Assembly: GCF_009914755.1 (NCBI RefSeq)
Contig: NC_060925.1
From: the human T2T-CHM13v2.0 reference genome, Homo sapiens
Length of the DNA: 64,000 nt
Reading direction: 5' to 3' (one strand)
Part shown: in pieces, positions 1 to 15,767 of the stretch
Numbering within the stretch: the first letter of the stretch is position 1
How the letters are laid out: each line of letters opens with the position of its first letter
Translations under genes and position numbers: made by a program
Notes under the pieces: generated by a model
The model's database searches: none
The model's input: only the letters and a program-made list of their open reading frames with translations
Told to the model about the DNA's origin: nothing

Positions 1-236
1 GATCTGATGTTCAATAGATCAGTAGGGTGACTACAGTTAACATTAATCCATTGCATATTTCAAAATAGCCAGGAAAGCACAATTCAAATGTTCCAAGCAT
101 AAAGAAAAGATAAATACATAAGGTGGTAGATATCCCAATGAACCCTGATGTGACTATATCAGTGTATCAAATTATTGCAGGTACTCCAAAAGTATGCACT
201 TCTATTATATATCAATAAAAATAAAAATATAAAAAA
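1..236 (+). mobile_element. Old L1 (L1MA-type) 3' end
   Basis: tagggtgactacagttaac...catatttcaaaatagc...cataaagaaaagataaata motifs and an A-rich tail. Confidence 0.7.
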
Positions 237-421
237 GGAAATTATCCTAGCTCTCTGTGCTGCCTGCAATGTCCTTTCCTCTCTGACCACCTATGACAGT
301 CTTTCCCAAGAGTAGAAAAAGAGTAAACATTACTCCTGCATATAAGCCTAACTTCTGACCTCAGCATATACAACAACACACAACACATTTACACATTTCC
401 CATTTTCAGTCAAGACAATCC

Positions 422-730
422 TTTTTTTTTTTTTTTTTTTTTTTTCCGAGACGATGTCTCGCTCTGTCACACAGGCTGGAGTGCAGTGGCACAATCTCAG
501 CTCACTGCAGCCTCTGTCTCCCGGGTTCAAAGCAATTGTCCTGTCTCAGCCTCCGAAGTAGCTGGGATTACGGGCATGCACCACTACACCTGGCTGATTT
601 TTGTGTTTTTAGCAGAGATGGAGTTTCACCATGTTCGCCAGGTTGATATCAAACTCCTGACCTCAAGTGATCCGCCCGTCTCGGCCTCCCAAAGTGCTGG
701 CATTACAGGCATGAGCCACCACGCCCGGCC
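422..730 (-). mobile_element. Full-length AluS
   Basis: PolyT at 422-445, both arms present, ends gagccaccacgcccggcc. Confidence 0.95.
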
Positions 731-1651
731 TCTGTATCTTGAATAATTAAAGTAAGACTTCAGCTTATGAAACAAAACAATTTAACAGCAGTTAGGTCAA
801 TGTAGTATAAAGGGGACTTTATAAGAAAATTCCACATGTATTAAATCATGGCCTACAAATAAGAATCAGTTTTTATTTTTTAAGAATTTCAAATGTTATG
901 GCCTATGTTCTCTTAATTTTCCCTTTCTGGCTATCTCAGGAAATAATGAGCACTATAGAAAAGGACGGCTAAGAAAGAATTGTTATACACAGGAACTTAA
1001 TCCTTTTTGACGTTTTGTCCCGAGAGTTGCCTCTGGGTATATATTGTCTTAGACACCACAGTGGTTCATATCACTTTGGACGTATTACTTCTGATCTAGC
1101 ATGACACTACCACAGAGGTCAACTGAAGTTCCACACAGCTACCATAGGGAGAGCAAAACACAGGATTCCATGCAAAGATTGTAGCAAAATATTCTCTGGG
1201 ATTCACAGAACACATATTATGATTAAAGTTCTATTAATTATAAACATAAAACAGAACTGGATATTAAAACAGCATTTTCATACTTGTTATTCAGTTGCAT
1301 TTTCAGGTGCTTCACTGGTGTTGTTAAAAATGTTATGTTCAACAACTTAATCATTAGTACAGTCATGGAAGAGAAATTGCTAACTAATTGCTATTAGTAC
1401 AGCCATACGAGAGGAAATACGACTAGAAAATCTGCAATGTAGGTTTTAGTTTTTATTTTGGCATAGAATTTATATGAGGATGTAAACATTTCAATAAATG
1501 CCATTTTGCCTCAATTTACCTACTGGGCACAATACTTCAATATCTCTTTCTAATGAAAGAAAACCGTACTTCCTTTCAAATTAATGGCCTCAATAAAGTA
1601 CGTTCAACGTGAAACACACAATAATACAATATATAGCTAAAGAATAACAGG

Positions 1652-2709
<1,058 letters not shown>

Positions 2710-3185
2710 CTAAGCATTTTTATGTTAAGATATTTTTGAAAATACCATCTTTCAGAAAAAAAAAAGTATAAAAGGCCTGACTTGTTACTTCAAAACTATA
2801 CATAGGAAATGCGAATGGAGATTAGATAAATTCATCAAAGAAATTCACCTTACTAAATATATTAATGGCCACAGATGGTCCTGTTAAAAATAACTACTTA
2901 CATTTCTACGAATCCTATAGACTTCAGCTCTTCACAATGTCCAAAAAAAGAACCACCTGGGATTCCAAAGTTTCTTCTTTAAAGTATGCAGAAGCACTGA
3001 CAAAGTGATTGTTCTTTTTATGAGGAAGTGCTTTTATTTTTATTTAACTATATATGTAGATAAACATAAAAATATTTTGTATTTTTACATAACCTTCTTG
3101 GAATCTACAGAAATGTATCCCGATTTAGTCATATTTTTTAGGAAATGCCTACTGAGCTTCTACTATACATCAGCTATTATGTATA

Positions 3186-3219
3186 GTATTAAGGATATGC
3201 TGGTATTAAGGATATGCTG
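3186..3219. repeat. Perfect 17-bp tandem duplication
   Basis: gtattaaggatatgctg x2. Confidence 0.9.
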
Positions 3220-6200
3220 TTACCCGCACTTGGTTTTTGTTGAAGGCTTCTTTTTATACATGAGTTAAAACCTGCAAATAGTGTTCTGTAAAATCTATTG
3301 ATTGGGTAATAAAATCTCCAATGAGAAACAAAAGGGAGAGTGGTGAGGGCTAAACTAGACCTTTTCCATCCCTCATCCGCACAATGTTAATGAATAAATC
3401 ACCAGAATACTACCAAATTCTTAATGGCAAACATTTATACTTCCCTTTCCCCCACCTCAAGACACAGGAAAGCTTCAGAAATGCCATGATGTATCAGGGA
3501 AATCTCTCCTACAACTGAAATGAAAATTCCTTGGCATCTAAAAAGTATTCCCACGGATCATCTAATTCACCTTCAATTTACTCACTTCTTTCCCCACTCC
3601 ATGTTTTTTTCTTTCCCAGTTTATTCTCACTTGTTCCAGTTTCAGGTCATAGCATGTTGAACCCTGCAATGCTCAGAAAGGGAGATTCCTTTCTTTGCAG
3701 ACCTTTCCCACAGAGTCATTACTTTTCGAGTACCAGTGGCAACAGTGAGCACTGCTTTCAAGGTGCCAAACTTAAAGACTTCTTTTCTGCTACACAGTTA
3801 TATAATTGTTATTTTCATCTTAATTATCCAAGTGAGTGGGAAGGCATTTTGAGATTTGGCTCCCTTGGCTTTGAAACAAGGTAACTAGAAAAGAAACTAA
3901 CTCATGTGGCAGCTCCTATAGACATCCATCTATTTCTTCACAGAAAGAAAGACGGAAATACGCACCAGGCCAAGGCAGACCACTGGCCTTATAGCCTCCC
4001 TGTCTGACAGACTGAAGCTTTCACTTTACACCCATTTTCCCTTTTATGGAACACATCATTCACTGTGGCTGCAAAGTGAAGGAGATCCTAGGAGATAATT
4101 TGTTGGTATTTCAGCTTTCAGCTTCTGTTTGTTCATCTTTTCCTAAGGCATTCATTCATCACTATGCATATTAATTTTTTTAAAAACACACCCAATGCTT
4201 ATTTTCTGCTTGGAATGTGAACAACATAATAAACAAGGCAGTTTTTCCCTTATCCTCAAAAACTTAGAGTCTAACAGGGAAAAGGAAAATTATACAGGCA
4301 AATATTACAAAGCATTATGTGTTTTACATTAGAAAAATTGCAAACGCTACGGAAGCACAAACCAAAAGGACATAATCTCATCAAGTGTTCAGGGAAGGCA
4401 CAATGTTCAAACATATGGTTGAGGGAAAAAATCAAGTTACAAGCAGCAGTGTATACAAGATGACCTCATTTTTGTTTTTAAATATATCTATATACACACA
4501 CACATAAAGAAGTACAGAAAAAAAATCCATAAAGACATAGGCCACAATATTAACAATGTTTCATCTGATGTGTAAAATTATGAGAACTTTTTTCCTTATA
4601 TGGATTTTCTAAACTTTATGTAGTTAACTTTATAATATTATTTAACAAAAGTTTCTGCCCCAGGGTAGACACTTTCCCATGCCAGGATCTGCTAGCTGGA
4701 GCTCAGTCCCCACCAGCCTCCTTCACGGGGCAGCTCTGTGACATGTACACACAAGAGGTGCCACTCTTGCACGACCCATTATGCACCCAAAGTGCTTGCT
4801 ACCATCCTCCGCGAAGTAAACCACTCACTTCCACAGTGCAAGGCTATGCTTTCGGATCATTCTAATCCCTCAAGGGCACCGCCTCTGCAATGTCTTCGCA
4901 ACCCTCCCAGGCAGATACACTGAACATTCCTTTGTTCAACTGTGTTTCTGAATTTTTATTATAGTTATTTAACATAACTTGTATATTAATTTTGTTTTGC
5001 TTTCTCCCCACTTGAATATAAGCTTTACAAGGCCAGGGACCATGAAATTGTTCAATTGTTTATCCAAAGTATAGTGTTTGGTGTCCAATAATCTCTCAAT
5101 AAAAGTTTGTTAAATAAATGAAAGCATATGTGCATGTTTATCATTAAAGAATATATTTTAAAATAATTTTAACAAAATTTTTCTGCATTTCTTGACTAAT
5201 TTTGCTTGTACAAATATGACAATATGGGGCCATTCTGCGTGTATATGTGTTGTCAAATTCTCTATTTCAAATAAGGAATGGCTTTAGACTGTAAGTCCTT
5301 AGAACAACATCATTACAACTGTGGTTCTGTTGTATATCTAACATGTTACAGGACTTGGTGATACCGAATTTCCCTACCTACCACGGAAAATTAAGTTGGT
5401 ATTACAGATTAGTTGAGGAAGGTATTTTCCTCTCCTAAATGAACAATTATTACTTAGATTTTCAAGTCACTATGTGCCTATAAGCAAAAGAATTAAGCTG
5501 CTCTGTAAGCAAACAGAATTTTAATTCATAATGTGAATAATTGTTTACATGGCATAGACCTAAAATTTGAAAACTAGAGCACTGTATTTAAAGAGGCTGT
5601 GTTATTTTTAAAAAATGAATTGCTATGATTTTTTCAGCATTAAATCCATTTTGCAAAATGAGACTGTCAACAAACTTATATCCCCACACGACATGAATAC
5701 AAATGTACCTAGTCCCCTTCCTCCGAGTGATTAAAATTGCATTTTAAAATATGACAAATTGTTTTTATAAAAAAACTATAAAGTTAAAACATTAGGGAAG
5801 CTCAAAAAACATGCACAAAAGAATACTGTCTCAATTTTTACTCTGCTCAGTTTGGATTTTTTCCTGAAAGGATTTCTATAAGGGAAAAAAAAATATCTGC
5901 CTCAAGTGGAGACAATAATGTCACAGGGATATAAGTTATCTCTCTCACACACACACACAGTGCATTTCCAGAGCACAAATGCTGCTGTTTTTCAATGATC
6001 AATGTTTTTAGAGGCCCAATAGTTATCTTTTCTATTTCATTAAAAGCACTAAGAGTTGAATGGATTTTATTCAAGGCCACTGGTCTTAAAGCTTCTTATA
6101 GCCCAAATGCAACCAGATTGACAGGTTATGTGCTGACGTTTTAGCAAGAACATTTACTAACCAAATGAAAGCTCTGCGAGGTACCATACTTCCCAGAAAA

Positions 6201-7552
6201 ACGCTAACGAAAGCACACTTTCTGTGGGCCTAATGGGTAGAAAAAGACATATTAGTCATATGAATAAGGGGCAAAGCAATGAAGCTAAAAGTTGGTAACC
6301 TTATCCAACTCCAGCAGTTGAAAGCACTTTCACAATGGGGCAGGTGTCAATCAGAAAGCAGAAATTCCCCAACACTGAAACCCTCACTATCCACAGCAAT
6401 GACCTGCACATCGACTTCTCGGGCTGCTCCAGGCTGGTCTTGTCCTCCTGAAGCTTCCCTGGGTTTTCAATTACAGTTCTTTACAAGTCTAAGCATATTT
6501 TAAATATGTTGAAGAATTTATGTTTTAAGAATATATGCGGTAAATCCACATTCTTGTATAAACCAAAAAACGTATTTAAGACTGGAATATTGTGTTACTC
6601 TAGTTCATCTGGTTAGTCAGGATTAATTGGAAACATCTGAGGGTGATAATTACCTAATGCAAAGTGTATTCAGTAACTTAAAAATATACTTTCCCTTTGC
6701 AGATATTCAAATGGAATTCTAAGATACAGACTTCTACACTGTTTTACAGGCTTGTGTAAATCTGGGTCATTAAAATAACTTTATAATGAAAGAAAGATGA
6801 GAAATGTCTGTCCTAAACCAAGTATTTCTGGTCCAAATATTACTCTTAAAAAAATAAATATGCATAGTATTCTATTGGAAAGGCTTTGAAAATATCTCTG
6901 GGTCTTCTGTAACCCCCATAAACTTTCTCTAGATTTTTGAATCCTTGGTAACTTTGGATCGAAAATGAATATAATGAAAAAAAAATGGTTTGATAAGCTC
7001 TTTCACCAAACATATTATAGCTAGAAGAATGTAATAAGCAGACTTACATGCCACATGATTCAAGATAATTGCCTATAAAGTGGTCAGAGCTTCAAAGAAA
7101 AAAATGCCAATTTGCAAAATGAAGCATTTGGTAGTATTTTACCTCCGCTGAAAAATCTGATTGCCTTGACTTTCGGTACCAGCAAATTCCCCTTTATAAT
7201 TTCAGCAAATAGTGTCATAGTAATACTCTACTGCAGCTACTTATGGATCTTAAATGAAACTCCTATTGTTCTAATTTGGCTCTAAGTGGTTGATATTAGA
7301 GACAAATGATTTTCACTTGAAGATTCTTGCAAAATTTATCAAAATATCACTTTATAAGACATGTCTGTGTTCTATGATGCTGTGGGTTTGAAATCTTTTA
7401 TTAATTGTTCTTATGATATGAAAAAAATTAACAAAGATAGTATGGGCTCACCAATACTCAAATGTAATGCTTTTCATTATTTTTGTACATTAGTCTCAAA
7501 AATAAGCAATTAGTAAAATAGGACTGCTGGCTCATTAACAAACCATTTTCTT

Positions 7553-7929
7553 TTTTTCTTCTCTTTCTTAATGGTTTAATAAGCATACATTAGCTATTAC
7601 ATAATGTTTTCTAAATTTTTCACCTTGTTTTGTACAATCACTCTTTGCCCTCCCCTCCTATTTTATTTTTCTTCAACTTTTAAGTTCCAGAGTAAACGTG
7701 CAAGATGTGCAGGTTTGTTACATAAGTAAACATCTGCCATGGTGGTTTGCTGCACAGATCAAACCATCACCTGGGTATTAAGCTCAGCTTCCATTACCTA
7801 TTATTCCTGATGCTCTCCCTCCCCAACCCCCCACAAAAGGCCCCAGTGTGTGTTGTTCCTCGCCACTGCCATGTGTCCACATGTTCTCATCGTTCAGTTC
7901 CTACTTATAAGTGAGAACTACAGTGCTTG
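7553..7929 (-). mobile_element. 5'-truncated L1PA with ~90-bp 3' transduction, 16-bp TSD
   Basis: L1 3' UTR at 7661-7929. TSD aacaaaccattttctt at 7537-7552 and 7930-7945. Confidence 0.85.
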
Positions 7930-8039
7930 AACAAACCATTTTCTTAATTTTCAAAGTATAAGCAGCAGCAGCATAGGTCGGCTTTTCAAAAAGGTTAAAG
8001 AATTTTCACACCACAAACCAGTGTTCCCTTTTATAAAGT

Positions 8040-8710
8040 TGCGCTTCCAATTCAGTTCAATATATATTTCCTGATCACCTGCTATGTTCCAGATACCATG
8101 GGTATAAATATGAAAAGATGAAGCTCCAGTTATTAAGGAGCTTATGAAAGATTGCAGAAAGTAGATGTGCACCCAGACCATTAAAAAAAATACTATAGCA
8201 ATGTTGTCATGGGAGAGGGACCCACAATGCACACCAGATATGGAGTATTATAAAGTAGGATTCTTGGAAGAGGGAATACTGGAATTAAGTTTAGATGGAT
8301 GAATGATAGATAAATAGGAATTAACCAGATATAGAAGTAGAGTAAATAGAGAAGTCAAGTCATTTTGTTCAGAAACAAGAGCATGACCCAAGGTATAGTG
8401 GCAAGAAAGAATTCAGTACATGTGGAAAATTACCAGATCTCTGCTATTGCAGGAGTAGTAGAAATAAGTTAGGTATGAATCAGCTCCTGGGGGCCTTTTA
8501 TAGTTAATATACTGTAGACTGGTTCTGAGTATGCGCTGAAGAGTTTAAGTAGGAGAGGCCATGCTGTCTCTCCTTTAGGTAAATCATTCTTCTGATAGTC
8601 TGGAGGAGTCAATAAAAGAAGTCAGGATTGGAGGCAAGACGAACAATTGGGAGACTATTACAACAGCTGACAAATTGAATAATAATTTACTAAATACCAG
8701 TGGTGTAGAA
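8040..8710 (+). mobile_element. Degenerate L2 fragments
   Basis: cacctgctatgttccagatacc, ggattggaggcaagacgaacaattgggagactattac motifs. Confidence 0.55.
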
Positions 8711-10004
8711 GAAGGGTTAGATTGTGGGAAAATATGGGGGTTGAGAGTGGTTCATGTCAGGCTGGACAACAAGGGGTGCATTGTCTGGGGATAATTTAAA
8801 AACAATAATAAAACTGTCTTTTAATCAAAGCTGGTTTGGTTTTTCTTATCACATGGGCCAGCAATTCTCAGCAATGTCAGTGATAAAATATCCTTCCCCA
8901 CTAGTAGGTAGACTACTCCCATTGTATCCACCCTCCTTGGTACAGCACTGCTAAACACTTTTGTGTGAAGGGTTCTGCACTAAATCTCCCTAGGAAATGT
9001 AAAGATAAAGACCAGGTGTTTGTCCTCAAAGGAGCTATCAGTCTAGCAAGGGAGATAAGGCAGATACCTCAATAATTATAGCTCACAAATACACTTTCAT
9101 ATGATCGGTCATATGACAAGGTCAAGGGTGGGAGCTAACTAGTTTTACATACCTGACTGCACACAGCCATCCCTGCTGAGGGCAGAGCCAGTGTCTTGCA
9201 GGCCAATACTAGAAACACTCTGTCCCAGCCTGATCCAGAGGGAGGAGGGATCTCTCCATGTCAGTATTGCTGCATACCTACTAGGTCGTCTCCTGGTTGC
9301 AAAATCACACAGCCAAAATGCATGGCAGCTCTTGCCATCTCTGCTTTATACACACACTAGTGATGCATAAAGAAACAAACGGTGAAGGATATTATCTGTA
9401 AATGCAACTGTTGAAGGAAGGTAGAATTGTGAGGAAAAAGGAAACTATTCCAGAATCAAAACAGGGAGGGGGAAGAGTATTTTCAGAAAATGCTCCCAAG
9501 GTCACTATGTTCATAAGTAACACCACGTGGCCTGAAGAATAGAGGTTTTTATGCCAGTATTTTCACCACACACATTATCTTCCTTTAGCCCTTCACCTTA
9601 CCCTTCCTCTTCACTGTAGAAAGAATATTAGGATACTAAGATGTGAACAGGTATTTGAAATCATGAAATCCAACCCACCAATTGTCAAGAGTAAAATAAT
9701 GTCCAGAAAAGTTAAATGAGCTACCAAAGTCACAGAACTGGCTACTGGCACTCATGAATAACGAACAATGTTCTTACTCTTAAGGGAAAAAAATATAAGA
9801 GTTAATGTCTTATTTCTCAAAAATATAGTTCTTGGAGAATGCCAGAGTGACCTGAAGCAAGGTGATATCTGCAATTTGGAAATTGGTGTGTGGGCTTTCA
9901 GGACTGTGATGGCCATTAACTATGGCAGGTAGGTGAAATCTGTGATGTCTGGACCAGGAGCCACTATTTCCAGAAGCAGCACAGAAGATCACCGTGGCTT
10001 CTGA

Positions 10005-10425
<421 letters not shown>

Positions 10426-11829
10426 CTGTATCATTGATTTTCAAAAAGGCATCATAAGCCAAACATGTAAGAGCCAGCAGCTTGTACTGCTGCCTCTGCT
10501 CTAATGGATCTGGACACTTAAAATCAAAACAAGACAACAGCATGGCTATGGCCTCGAGAGTCTGGTATCCAGAAGCTGCCTCTATAGGTTTTAGCTCACC
10601 TTCTATACCTCTGCTCCAGGAATGTATAGATGGTGGCAAAAATCAGGTGATGCTAATATCTACCATTTATTAGTATGGACAAAGAGCCAGACACTGTGCT
10701 AATGTTCCACAATATAGTCTCTCAGTTAATCAATACACAGAAATTCTGGAAGGTGGATGCTAATAACACCCCCAGTAACAAAGGATGGACTAGGGTACAC
10801 TGCTAAGTAGTGAGAAAAAGCACTGAGCTGTGCAATGCTAACTACAAAACTAATTTTTTAACCACTTATATTGTCTGGCCACCCACACATGCATGTAAGA
10901 GCATGCCTGTAATGGGGTAGCAATGCAGGAAATATAATCCAACAATGTCTCCATATGTGCCTAGGAAATGAGATGCAATTTTTACACAAAATAATGTAAA
11001 TGAATTTATGATAAGGTTTATTGCTATCATTAGTGATGGTTTCGCTGATGATGGTTTATGTTAGGATTATTATACACACACACACACAAACAAATCACAA
11101 CACAGAAAAACAATCATCCTCTATAAATTATTTAAAATAGCAACATCCTGCTTAAAACCCTGTTTTCTACACAAATCTTAATGAAGACATTAAGGGAAAA
11201 GACAGTATAAAAAACAAACAGAAGCAGCATTTATTACATTAGTTTGGGGTCATTTCCTGATATTTTGCTATGATTTTATTTTCTAATCACGTTAAAATCA
11301 AAGGCACACTAATGAAAGATCTAAAACTCTATGTGGAATGAGCTTCCTTCCTTGCTTGGAATCGTAGCATCCCAAGGTTGGCAGAGACTTGAGGGGCCAT
11401 CTGCAGTGTCTGCTTGCCCTTTGCCCAACTGGGCCCTTCCGAGAAGCTCTTTCCCAGGCTCTCCAATCACCTCAGCTGGTCCTCTCTCATCCAGGACCCA
11501 GACAGTCATATGATAGCAACCCTGCCTTAAGCCTTCACATCAAGGTCATATTTCTCCTTTCATTTGATATTGACAATTAAGAGTGCTTATCCTTCTTCAA
11601 TCTGACCAAGATTATTTCTCTTTAGCCTACTTCATCTCACTTCCTCCCTCCATTGAGCATCTGGCATGATCCATAATTGTAGCCAGCCTGGCTAAAAAAT
11701 AAATCTTCTGATAAAGTGCACTGATTTAATGAATGCATTCCTACAAGACTGCTAAATTAGTTAAAAACATACAATGCTTCTTCTAGTTATGGAAACACAT
11801 ATATGGAAGTTTTATAAGGATTTGGTTTA

Positions 11830-11975
11830 AAGCTCAGTTTCAGCGTTTATTACTTACATGAATTTGGACACCTGTCACAACTCTCAGTGTAGCTTCCTCA
11901 TCTGTAAAATGGGCATAATACCTCTCACAGCTTTGTTGTGAAATTAAAAATAAAGCATGTAAAACCTCTAGTACA
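11830..11975 (+). mobile_element. MIR core
   Basis: ttcctcatctgtaaaatgggcataata. Confidence 0.7.
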
Positions 11976-12859
11976 TCAACAAATATCACTCTAACATTCA
12001 TTCCATGGCTACTTCACCAACATGCTGATTGACATATAAATCATACAAAGATGAATTTGCAGTCATGGAGTACAATGAAATGTGTAGAATAAGAGATTAG
12101 CAAACCATCAACTTTTTCCTCATTGTAGTGAGAGAAAGAAACTACAGGCGTGGTCCCAGGAACTATGTTTGGACAGTCTAGAGAGGAGGAAACTAACAAT
12201 TCTAAAGAAATTTACCATTAAATGAATGTAGGTGTTTCAGTATGAATTTCTAATGTCTAACATTAACTTTAGCTTATATTTTTAGGAGAAACATACAGTT
12301 TTGATTGTCACATGTTAAATGGAATTTCACTTTATTTTAGCTTCTAGCTGGCAGTATCTTATTACAGAGGCATGCTGTAACAGTTAGTTCACAAGCTACT
12401 TATCTCAACGTGTTTATTTGAATTCTCTTCAACTCTTTCGCGATACGGGTGTGGGGTTCAGGATTTCTAAGGGAGTCAGCGCTGACTATACAGAGAAAAA
12501 TCCCCAAGGGAGAAAGTCAGGAGCTGCTAAGAAGGTCAAAAAGAACACAGGGGAAAAAAAGAAAAATGAGTTATGCCGGTGTTCTTTAAAATTGAAGACA
12601 GAAAAATTCTTGGCTGCACTTTCATTCTATTTCACCTTACAAAAACCTCCTGCTATTCCACTCTGCTCAAAGTCTTCTTTCCAAAGTACTTTGAATTAAA
12701 ACATGAAGTAATCCTTACTAAGTGTCCATAGGATCTCTTCTTTATCCTTCGCTGTGTAAGTGGGGACAAAAAGAGCTACCCAGTATTGTTGCTGGACACC
12801 AGCCTTGTCTGTCTCCTGTTATTTTCAGAAACCTCAAGGCTGCATTTTCACCCATGTCC

Positions 12860-12948
12860 TCAGAATTTCTTGTTCTTCTTTTGGCTTTTTACAATGCTTC
12901 TAGTAGCAGGGGCCATGGAAATAAAGAAATGAAGGAGACAGGGCACAT
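12860..12948 (-). CDS. VAV3: Candidate alternative (terminal or poison) VAV3 exon, DVPCLLHFFISMAPATRSIVKSQKKNKKF*
   Basis: Strong acceptor gtgtttatttctttcttgtctttattag, and a phase-1 entry open for 29 residues to TGA at 12860-12862. I have an unverified recollection of a VAV3 isoform ending in this peptide. Confidence 0.6.
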
Positions 12949-13539
12949 CTAATAAAGACAAGAAAGAAATAAACACATTTTCAAGAATGCCTGAAAATTT
13001 CACCATGGATCCATTCCTATCTTTGATACTCGGTAGCTGATGGTTGTAAATAAAGGTAGACTAGAGCCTCCTTTTCTTGCACAACAGGTTTTTTTGTTTT
13101 TCCTATTTATGATTGTTTAAATTGGTGTTTCTGTTTTCCAGCATGAGGTTTACATTAGTTTTTTCTTTTTTTTTAGATTGTCATCCCTTTCATCTATTCG
13201 TGAGGTGCTGTATTACTCATGAATTTTAAATTGGAAGGCAGAAGAAAAGAGGTAAAGAAATAATTGCAAAGAAAAAGCTGTGTATTTTCCAGTGAATGGT
13301 AATAAAAAACTCCTTAGAGGAGAGAGTAACTACATGGCTGACACTAAAATATAATCAATACTACACACTGATCACCCAAATAATGTTACAGTTGAGAATC
13401 TGAGATACATGGCAAAATAAAGATGATTTCACAACTTTGCACTTTTCAAAATTATATGACATGATTTTGTATGCCATGGCTAGGTTCAGTTTTCTATCTT
13501 GATTAATACATTATATCATTTGTGCCAGTGTATGTGGGT

Positions 13540-13850
13540 AGGGTGAGTATTTTCATCTCCATTTTACAGATTAGAAAACTGAGGCTTATTAAATTGTCCA
13601 AAGATTTGCACAGCAGCTTGGACTGAAAGTCATGTTTTCAAACTTGATGCCCATACTGCTTCCTACCAGTAAGAGTAAGAATTTCCATCACTGCTGGCTC
13701 TTTGCCAGCTATTTCGTGCCAAGCAAGCACTGAGCTTGAAGTGCTTTGCCTGTGTTATGACCACACAGAGAGGAGGTAACAAAGCCAAGAATCTGGATCC
13801 AGATCTCTCTGATCCATGGGCCCAAACTCTTAACCAACACACTCTACTTC
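13540..13850 (-). mobile_element. MIR fragments
   Basis: ccattttacagattagaaaactgaggctt core. Confidence 0.6.
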
Positions 13851-15461
13851 TATACCCTATGCCTGGGCATTCTCAGAGCATGTTAAATTTACATAACATT
13901 ATCACAAATTAAATAACAGCCAAATTAAAACCTTTGCAAATGAAGATTAAACATATTTTTTTTTTTGCCTTTCAGAAATGTTATTGAAAAAAACTGGCAA
14001 GAGACATGAAGTATGTTTGTTCTTGTGCTTCGATGGTGATTAATGAACTCCTTTTGGGAGAGGCAAGATCTGTACTTGGCATTAATATTATAAACTTTTC
14101 TCATCCCAGTAGCTTCTCTTTAGGTGGGGAAAGCAGTTACATAAGGCAGCGATTAATGAGATGCCACAAATGTTGACTTAGTCCCAAATAGGGATTTTTT
14201 TTCCTCCCTCAAATCTGAGTGCTTCACCCAAATTAATTTTAAGTCACACTACAAATATGAGTAAAGTGCCGACTCGAGTTGAAAATACATCATATGCTCA
14301 ACCTGAGTCCATATGCTTTTCCCCCAATTTCTTCCTGTTTTGCTAGAAAAAAAAATCCTTGAACAGTTTGAGGTTCCAAGAAGGTGTTGCCATTTCGTTT
14401 TCTCAAAATCATTGGCCAGATTCTGTTCTTGGATACTGCTTGAATTTAAATGGAAGATGCATAAAATATTTAAATCTGGGATCCCCAAAGCATGGCATTA
14501 CAGTTTTTTGAAATGGCAAAGTTTCTTCCTCTGGGAGTGAAAAGCTATAATGTTAGGCCTATAATGGTAGGTGGAGGTAGAGAAATATATGTACACTTTC
14601 ATGTTTTGTTTATCTAATCATGTTCACGTCCTCTAGACAAACTGAAAGAGTAATTCTTACTCCCAAGAAGGAAAGCTCTGTCCTGAACTGAAGACATCAC
14701 ACGATTTTGTTGGGGCATTTGATATAAGAGGTAGCTATGATCACAACGGTTAATATCTGGACATCCAGAAGCACGTTCTGTGAACAGATCATAAGGGGCA
14801 ACATGCCAGGCAGGAATCCAAAGTCATTATTCTACCTGCTTACAACCGACTTCTCCAAGAAAGTCTATTTATTAAACACCTAATATTTTCATGATGACAT
14901 ATAAGACTTGCCAAATTAGAACTTGAAAGTGTAGAATCTCCACACTGTTTTTGAAATGAGAACATATCTACTGCATACTTCAAATAAAGTAGAAGTTGAA
15001 ATTTTCATACTTAGATGAAGAATTACTAAAACTAAAGCTCTTTTAAAATAATAGGTCTAGTCTCACTCCCAGGAGCAGCAGAGTAAATTAAGATGAGGAG
15101 GATTTGTAAAATAAAGGGAGACACATATGTACAAAAGGAAATAAGAACAACGGGAGGAGCTACTCTGAACTCAAAAGGCAGAGCCATAGAATATTTTTCT
15201 TCCTACTTCTGAAAATCCTTGGGGAAGTTAGGCTTAGTTTGTCATATTTTACCAAAAAAAACAAAACAAAACTGACTATTTCAATATTAAGTATTTATAT
15301 TTGTTTAAAACGTAATTTCCTATATATACAGAACATGTATTGTGACATGCTTTGCACAAGATAACTTACAATTTTAGCAAGCTATGTGTATAATAAAGCA
15401 CAAAACAAAAAGTACACAATATAATTGTGGTTGTTATGCAATAACAAAAAAGATAAATTTA

Positions 15462-15767
15462 GACTGGGTGCAGTGGCTCACACCTGTAATCCCAGCACGC
15501 CGCAAGGCCAAGGCGGGAGGATTACATGAGGCCAAGAGTTTGAGACCAGCCTGGTCAACATGGTGAAACACTGCCTCTACTAAAAATACAAAAACTTAGC
15601 TAGGCATGGTGGCACACACCTGCAATCTCAGCTACTTGGGTGGCTGAGGTACAAGAATCGGTTGAACCTGGGAGGCAGAGGTTGCAGGGAGCCAAGATCT
15701 TGCCACTGCACTCCAGCCTGGGCAACAGAGCAAGACTCTGTCTCAAAAAAAAAAAAAAAAAAAAAAA
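15462..15767 (+). mobile_element. Full-length Alu (S/J) with TSD aaagataaattta
   Basis: Both arms and a long A tail. aaagataaattta is repeated on both sides. Confidence 0.95.

Noticed and set aside
3531-3884. 117-aa ORF in unique sequence
   Set aside because: Non-ATG start, no recognisable domain or splice support, and antisense within an intron.
11540-11548. TCAAGGTCA nuclear-receptor (ERR/NR5A) motif, also reversed near 23178-23186
   Set aside because: A 9-mer is expected by chance about once in a window of this size.
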